From assembly GCA_963665125.2 (NCBI GenBank), contig CAXXUK010000002.1, positions 1-64,000 of the forward strand: a stretch of DNA of 64,000 bases. Reading direction: 5' to 3'. Shown here one piece after another: positions 31,356-42,933 of this stretch; positions within the stretch are counted from its first letter, which is position 1; every line of letters starts with the position of its first letter. This stretch comes from an uncultured Desulfarculus sp. (GTDB lineage Bacteria > Desulfobacterota > Desulfarculia > Desulfarculales > Desulfarculaceae). The position numbers and the translations under genes were made by a program. The notes below the pieces were generated by a model. It did not search any database, was not told where the DNA came from, and was given only the letters and a program-made list of their open reading frames with translations.

Positions 31356-32750
31356 TTACAGAGCGCGTGCGTCGGTGATCCTGCCGGTTATGGCCGACGC
31401 CGCCGCGGTGGCCGGCGAGCACAGATGCGTGCGGCCGCCGCGGCCCTGCCGATCTTCGAAATTGCGGTTGCTGGTGGAGGCGCAGTGCATGCCGCTGGGC
31501 AGCACGTCGGGGTTCATGGCCAGGCACATGGAGCAACCGGCCAGGCGCCACTGGAATCCCGCTTCCGTGAAAATCTTGTCCAGGCCTTCTTTTTCAGCCT
31601 GCTCTTTTACCAGGCCCGAACCGGGCACCACCAATGCCGTGACGCCGTCGGCGACTTTACGGCCCTTGACGGTGTAGGCCGCCGCCCGCAGGTCTTCGAT
31701 GCGGCCGTTGGTGCACGAGCCGATGAACACGTAGCTCAGCGGGATGTCGGCCACGGCCTGGCCGGCCTTCAGGCCCATGTAGGCCAGGGCCTTTTCGGCG
31801 GCCTTGCGACGCTCGGCGTCGGCCATGTCGGCCGGGTCGGGGATCGTTCCGTCCACGTCGGCGACCTGGCCGGGGTTGATGCCCCAGGTCACCTGGGGTT
31901 TGAGGGCCGCCACATCCACGGTGACCTCGGCGTCGAACTTGGCGTCCGGGTCGGTGAACAGGGTCTTCCAATAGGCCACGGCCGCGTCCCAGTCCGCGCC
32001 CTTGGGCGCGAAGGGCCTGCCCTTCAGATAATCGAATGTCACCTGGTCCGGGGCGATGAGCCCGGCCTTGGCCCCGCATTCGACGCTCATGTTGCACAGG
32101 GTCATGCGGCCTTCCATGGTCAGACTCTGCACTGCCGGTCCCATGTATTCCACCAGATGGCCCGTGCCGCCGCCCGCGCCGATCTTGCGGATAAAGGCCA
32201 GGACCATGTCCTTGGCGTAAAGGCCGGCGGGAAGTTCGCCCACGAAGCGCACGGCCATGCTCTTGGGTTTGGCCTGGGGCAGGGTCTGGGTGGCCAGGAT
32301 ATGCTCCACCTCGCTGGTGCCGATGCCGAAGGCCAGGGCCCCGAAAGCGCCGTGGGTGGCCGTGTGGCTGTCGCCGCAGAACACCGTGTTGCCGGGCAGG
32401 ATGATGCCCTGCTCGGGCATTACGGCATGGATAACGCCCTGGCGGATGTCGTCCATGCCGAAATAGGTGATGCCGAAATCAACGGCGTTGCGCTCCAGGG
32501 CGCTGAGCTGGGCCTCGGCGATGTCGTCGGCCAGGGGCCGGGCGCGGTTGTCGGTGGGCACCACATGGTCGCACACGCCGAAGGTCAGCTCGGGCCGCCG
32601 CACCTTGCGCCCGGCCAGGCGCAGGCCCTCATAGGCCTGGGGCGATGTGACTTCGTGGCACAGGTGCCGGTCCACGTAAAGCAGGTCCGGCTTTCCCGGC
32701 TCCTGCATCACCACATGGGCATCCCATATCTTGTCGATCAGTGTCGGCAT
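31356..32750 (-). CDS. leuC: 3-isopropylmalate dehydratase large subunit
   Basis: [36 protein letters not shown]. Confidence 0.97.
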   Translation of the reverse strand: MPTLIDKIWDAHVVMQEPGKPDLLYVDRHLCHEVTSPQAYEGLRLAGRKVRRPELTFGVCDHVVPTDNRARPLADDIAEAQLSALERNAVDFGITYFGMDDIRQGVIHAVMPEQGIILPGNTVFCGDSHTATHGAFGALAFGIGTSEVEHILATQTLPQAKPKSMAVRFVGELPAGLYAKDMVLAFIRKIGAGGGTGHLVEYMGPAVQSLTMEGRMTLCNMSVECGAKAGLIAPDQVTFDYLKGRPFAPKGADWDAAVAYWKTLFTDPDAKFDAEVTVDVAALKPQVTWGINPGQVADVDGTIPDPADMADAERRKAAEKALAYMGLKAGQAVADIPLSYVFIGSCTNGRIEDLRAAAYTVKGRKVADGVTALVVPGSGLVKEQAEKEGLDKIFTEAGFQWRLAGCSMCLAMNPDVLPSGMHCASTSNRNFEDRQGRGGRTHLCSPATAAASAITGRITDARAL

Positions 32751-32953
32751 AGTCTCTAATCCAAGGGCAAGGCAAAATTAATCGCCGCTGGCCGCGCTAA
32801 TTACCGGCCCGGCCACAGCGGTCGGTATTCATTCAGATGATTTGCTGAAGCGTTATCCGAAAATAGCCCCAAGCCCCTCGGTATTCAAGAAAATAACGCC
32901 GGGGGGCTAAGGCCGGGGCAGGCCCGCGCGCAGGCCCGCCCCAAGAGGCATGC

Positions 32954-33943
<990 letters not shown>

Positions 33944-33956
33944 TATCGTTTTCTCC

Positions 33957-34535
33957 TCAATTATTCTGGTAGAGATTGTAAGTTCCCTGGGGATCTTCGT
34001 CCGGGTCCGGCACATAGGCGCTGCCAGCGCCTTCCATGCCTTCTTTAATGGAGCGGTCCCTGGCCAGCACGATCTGGCCGGTGCGGGCCACCTCCATAAT
34101 GCCATAAGGTTTCAAATTGTCTATCATGGCCTCGACCTTGTTGCGGTTCCCGGCCACCTCGATAATCATGCAGCGGTTGTCCACGTGGTCCACGTTGGCC
34201 CGGAACACATCCACCAGTTGCAGGATTTGGGTCCTTTGCTCAGGCGTGGCCTTAACCTTGATCAGGGCCAGGCCGCGCTCCACCCTGGGCTGCTGGGACT
34301 GGTCGCGGACCTTGATCACGCTGACCAGCCGCCTGAGCTGCTTGGCCGCCTGATCCACGGTGTGGTGGTCGCCGCCCACCACCACGGTGATGCGGCTGAC
34401 CTGGGGATCTTCGGTCTCGCCCACGGCCAGGCTGGTGATGTTGAAGCCCCGGCGGGCGAACAGACCGGCCACCCTGGCCAAAACACCGGGCTCGTTGCGC
34501 ACCAGAACGCTGATCGGGTAGTACTGTTCGCTCAT
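33957..34535 (-). CDS. ilvN: Acetolactate synthase regulatory subunit
   Basis: ACT domain [22 protein letters not shown]; start overlaps the ilvB stop. Confidence 0.95.
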   Translation of the reverse strand: MSEQYYPISVLVRNEPGVLARVAGLFARRGFNITSLAVGETEDPQVSRITVVVGGDHHTVDQAAKQLRRLVSVIKVRDQSQQPRVERGLALIKVKATPEQRTQILQLVDVFRANVDHVDNRCMIIEVAGNRNKVEAMIDNLKPYGIMEVARTGQIVLARDRSIKEGMEGAGSAYVPDPDEDPQGTYNLYQNN

Positions 34536-36286
34536 TTGCACTCTCCGCTCTTGCAGGGGATGAACTCGGCGTTGGCTCCGCCCGGCGGCACCATGGGCAG
34601 CACCTCGGCTTCGCGCTCGATCATCACATCCAAGACCACCGGCAGCTTGTTGTCCTTGGCCGCGGCCAGGGCCCACTCCAGGGCCGGAACAAACTCGGAG
34701 GGCTTTTCCACCCGGCGGCCCATGGCCCCGAAGGCCTCGGCGACCTTGTCATAGGGCGGCACTGCCGTTTCGGACTGGCTCATGCGCTTGTCAAAGAACA
34801 TCCGCTGCCACTGGGCCACCATGCCCAGCCAGGCGTTGTTGAGGACGATTGCCACCAGGGGCACCCGGTAGCGCACTGCCGTGGCCAACTCCTGGATGTT
34901 CATCAAAAACGAGCCGTCGCCGTCAAAGCAGACCACATGCTTGTCCTGGGCGCCCATCTGAGCCCCGATGGCCGCGGGCAGGCCGAAACCCATGGTGCCC
35001 AGGCCGCCGCTGCTGATCAGGGTGCGGGGCTTGGTGAACGGGTAATACTGGGCCACCATCATCTGGTGCTGGCCAACGCCGGTGACCACGATGTCGTCGG
35101 ACGAGAGCAGCTTTGCCGTTTCCTGGATGGCCCACTGGGGAGCGATGATGCCTTCGCTCTGGGGATAGACCATGGGGTATTTGGCCTTCCAGCCGTCGAT
35201 CTGTTTGAGCCAGGCCGCGGTGTCGGGCTTTTCCTCCCATTGCCGGGCCCCGGCCAGCATCTGCATGAGCACCTGTCCGGCGTCGCCCACCACGCCCACG
35301 TCGCAGTGCATGTTTTTGCCCATCTCCGAAGCGTCGATGTCGATATGGACGATCTTGGCCGAAGGCGCGAAGCGCTGCACATTGCCGGTGACGCGGTCGT
35401 CCAGGCGGCAGCCGGTGACGATGAGCACGTCGGAGTTGTAGATCGACAGGTTGGCGTATCCCGTGCCGTGCATGCCGGGCATGCCCAGGTCGAGCCTGTG
35501 TCCCGCCGGGAAGGCCCCCAGGCCCATCAGGGTGGTGGTCACCGGGATGTTTAAAAGCTCGGCGAACTCCAGCAGATGCTTGTGACCGCTGGCGTGGATA
35601 ATGCCGCCGCCGGCCAGGATGCAGGGCCGTTTGGCCTTTTGGATAACCTGCAAGGCCCGCTCCACCTGCAGGGGATGGCCCTTGAAGGGGGGCTTGTAGC
35701 CGGTGGGCGGCAGGGGCGTGGCCTGACGGCGTTCGCACTCGCTGACGGCCACGTCCCGGGGCAGGTCGATGAGCACAGGGCCGGGCCTGCCGCTCAGGGC
35801 CACGTAAAAGGCCTCGGCAAAGACCTCGGGCAGCTCGTCGGCGCTCTGCACCTGATAGTTGTGCTTGGTGATGGGCATGGTGATGCCGCGCATGTCGGCT
35901 TCCTGGAAGGCGTCGTTGCCTAACAGGCTGGTGCCCACCTGGCCGGTGATGGCCACCAGGGGCGTCGAGTCCATGAAGGCGTCGGCCAGGCCGGTGACCA
36001 GGTTCGTCGCGCCGGGGCCGCTGGTGGTCATGACCACGCCGGGCTTGCCCGTGGCCCGGGCATAGCCTTCGGCCATGTGGGCCGCGCCCTGCTCATGGCC
36101 CACCAAAACGTGGCCAAAGCAGCGGTGACGGTAAAGGGCGTCGTAAACGGGCATGATCTGTCCGCCGACCATACCGAAGATCAGTTCCACGCCTTGGGCG
36201 CGCAGGGCGTCGACAACCGCGTCGGCGCCGGTGTATGGGGTACCGGTCATTTGTTTCGCTCCGGTTTGGGCTGCTGAGGTGCTCAT
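34532..36286 (-). CDS. ilvB: Acetolactate synthase large subunit
   Basis: HEQGAAHMAEGYAR, TSGPGATN, GMHG, GDGSFLMN ThDP motif, GMVAQWQ. Confidence 0.96.
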   Translation of the reverse strand: MSTSAAQTGAKQMTGTPYTGADAVVDALRAQGVELIFGMVGGQIMPVYDALYRHRCFGHVLVGHEQGAAHMAEGYARATGKPGVVMTTSGPGATNLVTGLADAFMDSTPLVAITGQVGTSLLGNDAFQEADMRGITMPITKHNYQVQSADELPEVFAEAFYVALSGRPGPVLIDLPRDVAVSECERRQATPLPPTGYKPPFKGHPLQVERALQVIQKAKRPCILAGGGIIHASGHKHLLEFAELLNIPVTTTLMGLGAFPAGHRLDLGMPGMHGTGYANLSIYNSDVLIVTGCRLDDRVTGNVQRFAPSAKIVHIDIDASEMGKNMHCDVGVVGDAGQVLMQMLAGARQWEEKPDTAAWLKQIDGWKAKYPMVYPQSEGIIAPQWAIQETAKLLSSDDIVVTGVGQHQMMVAQYYPFTKPRTLISSGGLGTMGFGLPAAIGAQMGAQDKHVVCFDGDGSFLMNIQELATAVRYRVPLVAIVLNNAWLGMVAQWQRMFFDKRMSQSETAVPPYDKVAEAFGAMGRRVEKPSEFVPALEWALAAAKDNKLPVVLDVMIEREAEVLPMVPPGGANAEFIPCKSGECK

Positions 36287-37972
36287 TTATTTATCGCTCT
36301 TTTCAAAGGGGTCGCGCATGACCGCGCCGCTGGCGGCGCTGGTGACGCCGGCCGCGTAACGGGCCAGGGCCCCGCTGGTAAACTTGGGTTTGGGCGGCTG
36401 CCAGTTCCGGCGGCGCTTTTCCAATTCCTCGCCACTGACATCCAGCTCCAGCTTGCGGGCCGGGATGTCGATGCTGATGATGTCGCCGTCTTGGATCAGG
36501 GCCATCAGGCCGCCCTGGGCCGCCTCGGGGCTGACATGGCCGATGGCCGCGCCCCGGCTGCCGCCGCTGAAACGGCCGTCGGTGATCAGGGCCACCTTGC
36601 CGTCCAGATCTCCACCCGAAATAAGGGCCGTCAGGGCCAGCATCTCGCGCATGCCGGGGCCTCCGGCAGGCCCCTCGTAGCGTACAATGACCACTTCGCC
36701 CTCTTTGATACCCCCGGCGTTATAGGCCTCGATGGCCGCTTCCTCGCGGTCGAAGCAATGGGCCGGGCCGGAGTGGCGCATCATCTCCGGGGCCACGGCG
36801 GTCTGCTTAACCACCGCTCCCTGGGGAGCCAGGTTGCCCATGAGCACCGCGATGCCGCCCTGGTCGTGCACCGGCTCGTCCATGGTGTGGATGATGCGCA
36901 TGCCGCCGGCCTCCAAGTTGGAGATTTCACCGGCAAGGTAATCGGCGATATAGCCGCCCACGGCCTTGCAGGAGGTGTTGATCACCGGCTCCAGGGCCTT
37001 CATCACCGCGCCGATGCCCCCGGCCACGTGCAGGTGCTCCAGGCGCATGGGGCCGCCGGGGCTCATAGAGGCCAGGTGCGGAGTTTGCCGCGAAAGCCGG
37101 TCAAAGTCGGCCAGGCCGAATTTCACCTTGGCCTCGTGGGCGATTGCCGGCAGGTGCAGGGCCGTATTGGTGCTGCCGCCCAGGGCCAGGTCCACCAGGC
37201 AGGCGTTTTCAAAGGCCGCCGCGGTCATGATGGCCGAAGGGCGCAGATCGGCGGCCACCACGTCCAGGATGGCCTTGCCGCTCTGATAGGCGATTTTTTT
37301 CTTGTCGTCACTTATGGCCAGGGCGCAGGCGCAGCCGGGCAGGCTCATGCCCAGGGCCTCGGTTATGCAGGCCATGGTGTTGGCCGTGAACATGCCCGAG
37401 CATGATCCGGCGCCGGGGCAGGCGCAGGCCTCCAGGTCGGAAAGCTGGGCCTCGGTCCACTGGCCCGAAGCCACCTTGGCCACGCCCTCGAAGACCGTGA
37501 TCAGGTCGACCATGTTGCCTTCGTGGCGTCCGGCGGCCATGGGCCCGCCGGTGACCATGATGGCCGGAATATCCAGGCGGGCGGCGGCCATGAGCATGCC
37601 GGGGACGATCTTGTCGCAGCTGGCCAAAAGCACGATGCCGTCAAAGCAGTGGGCCCGGGCCATCAACTCCACGCTGTCGGCCACGATCTCCCGGCTGGGC
37701 AGAGACGCGTGCATGCCGTCGTGGCCCATGGCCAGGCCGTCGCAGATGCCGATGGTGTTGAATTCCATGGGCGTGCCGCCTGCATCGCGGATGCCGCGCT
37801 TGACATCGGCGGCCAGCTTGTCCAGGTGGATATGACCCGGAACTACCTCGTTGAAGGAATTGGCAATGCCGATCAGCGGCTTTGCAATGGCCGCGTCATC
37901 CAGGCCCATGGCCTTTAGCAGGCTGCGCTGGGGAGCGCGGGCAACACCTTGTTTGACCTTGTCGCTACGCAT
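36287..37972 (-). CDS. ilvD: Dihydroxy-acid dehydratase
   Basis: [34 protein letters not shown]. Confidence 0.97.
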   Translation of the reverse strand: MRSDKVKQGVARAPQRSLLKAMGLDDAAIAKPLIGIANSFNEVVPGHIHLDKLAADVKRGIRDAGGTPMEFNTIGICDGLAMGHDGMHASLPSREIVADSVELMARAHCFDGIVLLASCDKIVPGMLMAAARLDIPAIMVTGGPMAAGRHEGNMVDLITVFEGVAKVASGQWTEAQLSDLEACACPGAGSCSGMFTANTMACITEALGMSLPGCACALAISDDKKKIAYQSGKAILDVVAADLRPSAIMTAAAFENACLVDLALGGSTNTALHLPAIAHEAKVKFGLADFDRLSRQTPHLASMSPGGPMRLEHLHVAGGIGAVMKALEPVINTSCKAVGGYIADYLAGEISNLEAGGMRIIHTMDEPVHDQGGIAVLMGNLAPQGAVVKQTAVAPEMMRHSGPAHCFDREEAAIEAYNAGGIKEGEVVIVRYEGPAGGPGMREMLALTALISGGDLDGKVALITDGRFSGGSRGAAIGHVSPEAAQGGLMALIQDGDIISIDIPARKLELDVSGEELEKRRRNWQPPKPKFTSGALARYAAGVTSAASGAVMRDPFEKSDK

Positions 37973-38098
37973 CTTTAGTGCTCTTCCGAGCCGACCGGCG
38001 CTAATGAAAACACACAGCTCAATACCGGAACACCGGTTTGCCGATCTCGCTCTATATAATTAAATTTTTAAAAACTGAGTTTGTTTTGGGTTCGGCCT

Positions 38099-38239
38099 CT
38101 ATAGAGGCAGAATAATTACTACGCGGGATACTCGTACGGAGGATAGGAGGCCGGAGAAGGGAGCGGACAGGGATGTGGATTGTTGGACCTGTTTTCGGTC
38201 CGGCCAATTTCGTTGTGCAGATGCATCTGGGCGCATCAT
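38099..38239 (-). CDS. Putative ilv/leu operon leader peptide (46 aa)
   Basis: GGAGG-N8-ATG; MMRPDASAQRNWPDRKQVQQSTSLSAPFSGLLSSVRVSRVVIILPL*; Val/Ile/Leu cluster using GTA, ATT and CTA codons, 126 nt upstream of ilvD. Confidence 0.75.
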   Translation of the reverse strand: MMRPDASAQRNWPDRKQVQQSTSLSAPFSGLLSSVRVSRVVIILPL

Positions 38240-38275
38240 CGCTGTATCCTCCGATAGCAAATAGTGATTATTGGT

Positions 38276-38304
38276 GCATTAACATGACCATTGGGTACTG
38301 TCAA
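38276..38304 (-). promoter_or_regulatory. Possible sigma70 promoter of the ilv leader
   Basis: TTGACA (38299-38304), N17, TAATGC preceded by TGn; the -10 match is weak. Confidence 0.4.
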
Positions 38305-38422
38305 TACACCGATGCGGACAAAACGCAAATTTACGCAAATTGTGCGTTTTGTCCGCTTGCATTTGTTGTTGTCCACCGGCTGGACGCCGGGTCAAACTAG
38401 CGGTTGATCCGTTTGTCGCGCC

Positions 38423-38785
38423 CTATTTCGGAGAACTAATGTTAAACATTTTAAGTTCGTTGCCACACTTAAAGATGGGCCAGGAACGTTCCAAGCAGTT
38501 GGATCCCCCCATGGCATGGCAAGCGCTTCTTTCACAAGAGGCTGTGTCGTCTCGTTTGCTGAATTTGGCGATGACTACAAACAAGCCCTCCATGGTGGTC
38601 CATTTGCCACTGATCTCCGCAGCCGCGTCGTATTGGGCAGAATCCGCTTTGCTCAAGGTCATGGAGTACGCCTGGGTTAAGCACAGGGTCTTGGCGATTG
38701 TATTGCCCAACCCGTCGGCGGCGGCCGCCGTGGCCCAAAGGCCCAGCGCCACAACTATCGCTAACAACGTGAGAAACCGTTTCAT
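38423..38785 (-). CDS. Small secreted Cys-rich hypothetical protein, paralog 3
   Basis: Signal peptide MKRFLTLL...AAAA; motif LC...SAQYDA...SCERSAC...C...SWPI.K.GN.LK. Confidence 0.8.
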   Translation of the reverse strand: MKRFLTLLAIVVALGLWATAAAADGLGNTIAKTLCLTQAYSMTLSKADSAQYDAAAEISGKWTTMEGLFVVIAKFSKRDDTASCERSACHAMGGSNCLERSWPIFKCGNELKMFNISSPK

Positions 38786-38904
38786 TATCCAGCGCTCCTT
38801 GGCTCTCATGATTACCGATGAAATGGCCGCCCGTTGGGTGGCGGCCATTGTCGGGGCCATTCTCAAAAATGGTCCGGCTTGGCGTTCGATCAGCCTGCCG
38901 CGTC

Positions 38905-39267
38905 CTATTCGACCCAAGGAGCAGAGTTCTTATTTTTAAGCACGTTGCCGTTTTTTTCGATGGCCCAGGACTTTGCCGGGCAGTTGAGTTCGGTGGCTTT
39001 GCAAACGCTTCTTTCGCAAGAGGCCGAGCCGTCTCGTTTGCCGAACCTGGCAGTAATTACCTTCGTGCTCTCCATGGTGATGTACTGGCCGGTGATCACC
39101 GAAGCCGCATCGTATCGGGCCGAGTCGGCATCGCTTAGGGTGATGGATGCCGCTAGGGTATGGCACAGGGTCCTGGCGATCATGTCGCCAAAATCATTGG
39201 CGGCCGCTGCCGTGGCCCCAAGGCCCAGCGCCGCCAACACCACGAACAACGTAAGATACCGTTTCAT
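38905..39267 (-). CDS. Small secreted Cys-rich hypothetical protein, paralog 2
   Basis: Signal peptide and the same Cys motif; RBS AGGAG. Confidence 0.8.
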   Translation of the reverse strand: MKRYLTLFVVLAALGLGATAAAANDFGDMIARTLCHTLAASITLSDADSARYDAASVITGQYITMESTKVITARFGKRDGSASCERSVCKATELNCPAKSWAIEKNGNVLKNKNSAPWVE

Positions 39268-39441
39268 TATCCAGCGCTCCTTTTATCGCACTGTTACAGG
39301 TGAAGTGGCCTCCCGTTGGGTCATGGCCGATAGAGTCCCGGTTATAGCCGTAGGTCAATGTTTGTAGAATATTGCCGTTTTTCTAGACATTCCACCCCGT
39401 CGCCTTGCAATTGGTGTTGTCCGCCAGGCAAAGCGTATGCT

Positions 39442-39804
39442 TTATTCGGTGCCGCTGAATGTGGTCCTTTTGAGCATGTTGCCTTCTTTGGCAATGGGCC
39501 AGGCCGAGGCCGGACAATCGCCGCCTCCTGGATGGCAACTGCTTTTTTCACAGGCAGCTGAATTGGTGGTCTTAATGAACTTGGCCGTGACTATCGCGCC
39601 GTTTTTCTCGATTCGGTATTGGCCGACAAACGTCTCTGTTGCGTCGTATTGGGCCGACTCGCTGTCGCTGAGGACCACAGACTCGGCCCCGGTGAGGCAA
39701 AGGCGCTGGGCGATCTTTTCGCCGAGAGAGTCGGCCAGGGCCGGAGCCGCACTCAGGCAAACCACGGCCAGGGCAAAGATTGTTGCGAATGTCTTTTTCA
39801 TCAT
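39442..39804 (-). CDS. Small secreted Cys-rich hypothetical protein, paralog 1
   Basis: Signal peptide ending ALA and the same Cys motif; begins 17 nt after the VWA gene stop. Confidence 0.8.
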   Translation of the reverse strand: MMKKTFATIFALAVVCLSAAPALADSLGEKIAQRLCLTGAESVVLSDSESAQYDATETFVGQYRIEKNGAIVTAKFIKTTNSAACEKSSCHPGGGDCPASAWPIAKEGNMLKRTTFSGTE

Positions 39805-39821
39805 GGTCTCCAAAACTTTAG

Positions 39822-42659
39822 TTATTCAGCCGGTGAAGCGGCCTTGATTTCGATTTTCTTCGCATCCAGGACCTTGTTGCCGGGGCGCAGGACATAGCGC
39901 ACTTCATATTGCCCCGGATTTTTCGGGGCCCGCAGCTTGACCGGATTGCCCCTGGATGTGTTGGCGTAGTGCACATAGGCCCCTTGGCTCTGATCGGGAC
40001 GGGCGATGGTGATAAGGTCGCCCCGGTTGCCCGGCCCCTGCCAGCTCACCTCGAACTGGCTGTCGGCCTCCGCTGATTCAGGAGGTGTTACCGTGGCACT
40101 GACGGCCTTGATTTCGATGGTGGTTTTGGCCAGGATCTTGGAGCCCTGACCCAGGATGTAGCGGACCTCGTATGTGCCGGGGTCTGATGGAGCCCTGAGC
40201 TTCAGCGGATTGCCTTTGCCGGTGTAGGTGTAGCCGACATAGCTGCCGCCACCCTGGTCTGGCCGGGCTATTGAAATGGAGTCGTGTTTGTTGTCCGGAC
40301 CGGTCCAGGTTACGTCGAATTCCGAGGCCACGTCCGCCGACTGCGGAGCCTGAACCGTGGCGCTGACGGCCTTGATTTCGATGGTGGTCTTGGCCAGGAT
40401 CTTGGAGCCCTGACCCAGGATGTAGCGGACCTCGTATGTGCCGGGGTCTGATGGAGCCCTGAGCTTCAGCGGATTGCCTTTGCCGGTGTAGGTGTAGCCG
40501 ACATAGCTGCCGCCACCCTGGTCTGGCCGGGCTATTGAGATGGAGTCGTGTTTGTTGTCCGGACCGGTCCAGGTTACGTCGAATTCCGAGGCCACGTCCG
40601 CCGACTGCGGAGCCTGAACCGTGGCGCTGACGGCCTTGATTTCGATGGTGGTCTTGGCCAGGATCTTGGAGCCCTGACCCAGGATGTAGCGGACCTCGTA
40701 TGTGCCGGGGTCTGATGGAGCCCTGAGCTTCAGCGGATTGCCTTTGCCGGTGTAAGTGTAGCCGACATAGCTGCCGCCACCCTGGTCTGGCCGGGCTATT
40801 GAGATGGAGTCGTGCTTGTTGTCCGGACCGGTCCAGGTTACGTCGAATTCCGAGGCCACGTCCGCCGACTGCGGAGCCTGGACGGTCGCGGATACGGCCT
40901 TGATTTCGATGGTGGTTTTGGCCAGGATCTTGGAGCCCTGACCCAGGATGTAGCGGACCTCGTATGTGCCGGGGTCTGATGGAGCCCTGAGCTTCAGCGG
41001 ATTGCCTTTGCCGGTGTAGGTGTAGCCGACATAGCTGCCGCCACCCTGGTCTGGCCGGGCTATTGAGATGGAGTCGTGCTTGTTGTCCGGACCGGTCCAG
41101 GTTACGTCGAATTCCGAGGCCACGTCCGCCGACTGCGGAGCCTGTACCGTGGCGCTGACGGCCTTGATTTCGATGGTGGTTTTGGCCAGGATCTTGGAGC
41201 CCTGACCCAGGATGTAGCGGACCTCGTATGTGCCGGGGTCTGATGGAGCCCTGAGCTTCAGCGGATTGCCTTTGCCGGTGTAGGTGTAGCCGACATAGCT
41301 GCCGCCACCCTGGTCTGGCCGGGCTATTGAGATGGAGTCGTGCTTGTTGTCCGGACCGGTCCAGGTTACGTCGAATTCCGAGGCCACGTCCGCCGACTGC
41401 GGAGCCTGAACCGTGGCGCTGACGGCCTTGATTTCGATGGTGGTCTTGGCCAGGATCTTGGAGCCCTGACCCAGGATGTAGCGGACCTCGTATGTGCCGG
41501 GGTCTGATGGAGCCCTGAGCTTCAGCGGATTGCCTTTGCCGGTGTAAGTGTAGCCGACATAGCTGCCGCCACCCTGGTCTGGCCGGGCTATTGAGATGAA
41601 ATCGGACTTGTAATCCGGTCCGGTCCAAGTCACCTCGAACTCGGTGGCCACGTCTGCCGACTGCGGGGCTTGCACCGTGGCCTCCACCGGGGTTATCTGG
41701 ATATCAGCCCTGGCCAACACTTTTCTGGTGTGGCCGTGGATGTAGCGCAGTTCATAAGCACCCTCTTGGCTGGGCGCGATCAGCTTGGCCGGGTCGCCAA
41801 ATTTGGTATAGGCGTAGTTGCCGTGTCGGCTGTCTTCTGATCCCTTGGGGACGATGGAGACAACATCGCCGCGGCTGTCGGGGCCCTTCCACGACACCTC
41901 GAAGGAGCTGGCCACGGGAGCCTGGGCCGGTCCGCTGATTTCAGCGGTGCCGGGGTCTTCCACAACCGGTGCTGGCGGTTCCTTGGCCTTTTCCACGGTC
42001 TGGTTCAGGGCGTCGCGTAGTGAAGCGGCGTCATCGGCGGCCAGGAACAGGCCCCCGGTCTGGTCGGCTAGACAGCGCAGGCGGTCCTGGTCGCCCTTGG
42101 ACAGGCCGAATCCGACGACATGCACCGAAAAGTCAACACCGGTCCGGGCAAGTTCGGCGGCCAGCTGGCAGGGATCAATGTTGCAGGTCTCCAGTCCGTC
42201 GCTGACCAGGATCACCGTGGCCCGCCTTTCGGTGTAGCGCAGGGCTTGGGCCGCCTGCTTGACAGCCGCGCTCAAGGGAGTCTTGCCCTTGGGTTGAATG
42301 GCCTCGACTTTCACCTTCATTGCCGATGGGTTGTGGGGCCCCAGGGGCATGACCGTCTCTATATCGTCGCAGTCGCCCTTGCGGCGGTGGCCGTAGACGA
42401 TGAGCCCCGTCTCGAAACCTGCGGGCATGTTGTCGATCAGATCGGCCATGACTTCCTTGGCAATGGTTATCTTGGCCTTGCCGTCGATCTGGCCCCACAT
42501 GGAGCCCGAGGCGTCCAGGACGAAAATCACGCTGGAGGGATCGTTGGCCTTTGGCGCCGCCAAGGCCGAGAAGCAAAAAGCCGCCAGCGTGAAAACAAGG
42601 CATAATGCAACAGATAACAGAGTCGATTTTTTACAAAAAACGCGCGGACTTCGGATCAT
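39822..42659 (-). CDS. Secreted VWA-domain protein with eight Ig-like repeats
   Basis: Signal peptide; MIDAS DASGSM...GKTPL...SDG; 88-aa repeats WTGP...Y.YT..GNPL.L.AP..PG.YE.RY; start uncertain between 42659 and 42704. Confidence 0.88.
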   Translation of the reverse strand: MIRSPRVFCKKSTLLSVALCLVFTLAAFCFSALAAPKANDPSSVIFVLDASGSMWGQIDGKAKITIAKEVMADLIDNMPAGFETGLIVYGHRRKGDCDDIETVMPLGPHNPSAMKVKVEAIQPKGKTPLSAAVKQAAQALRYTERRATVILVSDGLETCNIDPCQLAAELARTGVDFSVHVVGFGLSKGDQDRLRCLADQTGGLFLAADDAASLRDALNQTVEKAKEPPAPVVEDPGTAEISGPAQAPVASSFEVSWKGPDSRGDVVSIVPKGSEDSRHGNYAYTKFGDPAKLIAPSQEGAYELRYIHGHTRKVLARADIQITPVEATVQAPQSADVATEFEVTWTGPDYKSDFISIARPDQGGGSYVGYTYTGKGNPLKLRAPSDPGTYEVRYILGQGSKILAKTTIEIKAVSATVQAPQSADVASEFDVTWTGPDNKHDSISIARPDQGGGSYVGYTYTGKGNPLKLRAPSDPGTYEVRYILGQGSKILAKTTIEIKAVSATVQAPQSADVASEFDVTWTGPDNKHDSISIARPDQGGGSYVGYTYTGKGNPLKLRAPSDPGTYEVRYILGQGSKILAKTTIEIKAVSATVQAPQSADVASEFDVTWTGPDNKHDSISIARPDQGGGSYVGYTYTGKGNPLKLRAPSDPGTYEVRYILGQGSKILAKTTIEIKAVSATVQAPQSADVASEFDVTWTGPDNKHDSISIARPDQGGGSYVGYTYTGKGNPLKLRAPSDPGTYEVRYILGQGSKILAKTTIEIKAVSATVQAPQSADVASEFDVTWTGPDNKHDSISIARPDQGGGSYVGYTYTGKGNPLKLRAPSDPGTYEVRYILGQGSKILAKTTIEIKAVSATVTPPESAEADSQFEVSWQGPGNRGDLITIARPDQSQGAYVHYANTSRGNPVKLRAPKNPGQYEVRYVLRPGNKVLDAKKIEIKAASPAE
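40091..41674 (-). repeat. Six near-identical 264-bp tandem repeats inside the VWA gene
   Basis: GCCTTGATTTCGATGGTGGT recurs at 40105, 40369, 40633, 40897, 41161 and 41425. Confidence 0.95.
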
Positions 42660-42933
42660 GATCATCCTCGGAGCCTGATTGGAATTTTTTGGGTCGACCC
42701 GCAAAGGCGGGAGATTAACTTTTTGTAATTAGAGCATAATTTACAAGACAATGGAATAGACACATTTATGGAAAACGTTGGGATATCATCAGGTGAAAAT
42801 GTTTCCATAACTTATTGAAAATATGGTGGTTAGGAGAATGGTCTCCTGGTGCGCGGAAGTAATCAATCCCACCGTCAGCGGAGAACTTCAATAGGCGGCC
42901 CGTGGCTAACCAATCTAACTGTTTAATGGGCTG

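Noticed and set aside
32751..32953. Second leucine leader peptide between ilvC and leuC
   Set aside because: Hairpins are present, but the short ORF found (MPLGAGLRAGLPRP) has no RBS and no Leu run.
40078..41628. 516-aa repetitive alternative-frame ORF
   Set aside because: By-product of the 264-bp repeat lacking a stop in that frame; the VWA frame carries the signal peptide and domains.
40091..41674. Possible CRISPR array or DGR template repeats
   Set aside because: Units are 264 bp, contiguous and in-frame coding, with no spacers and no cas or reverse transcriptase gene.
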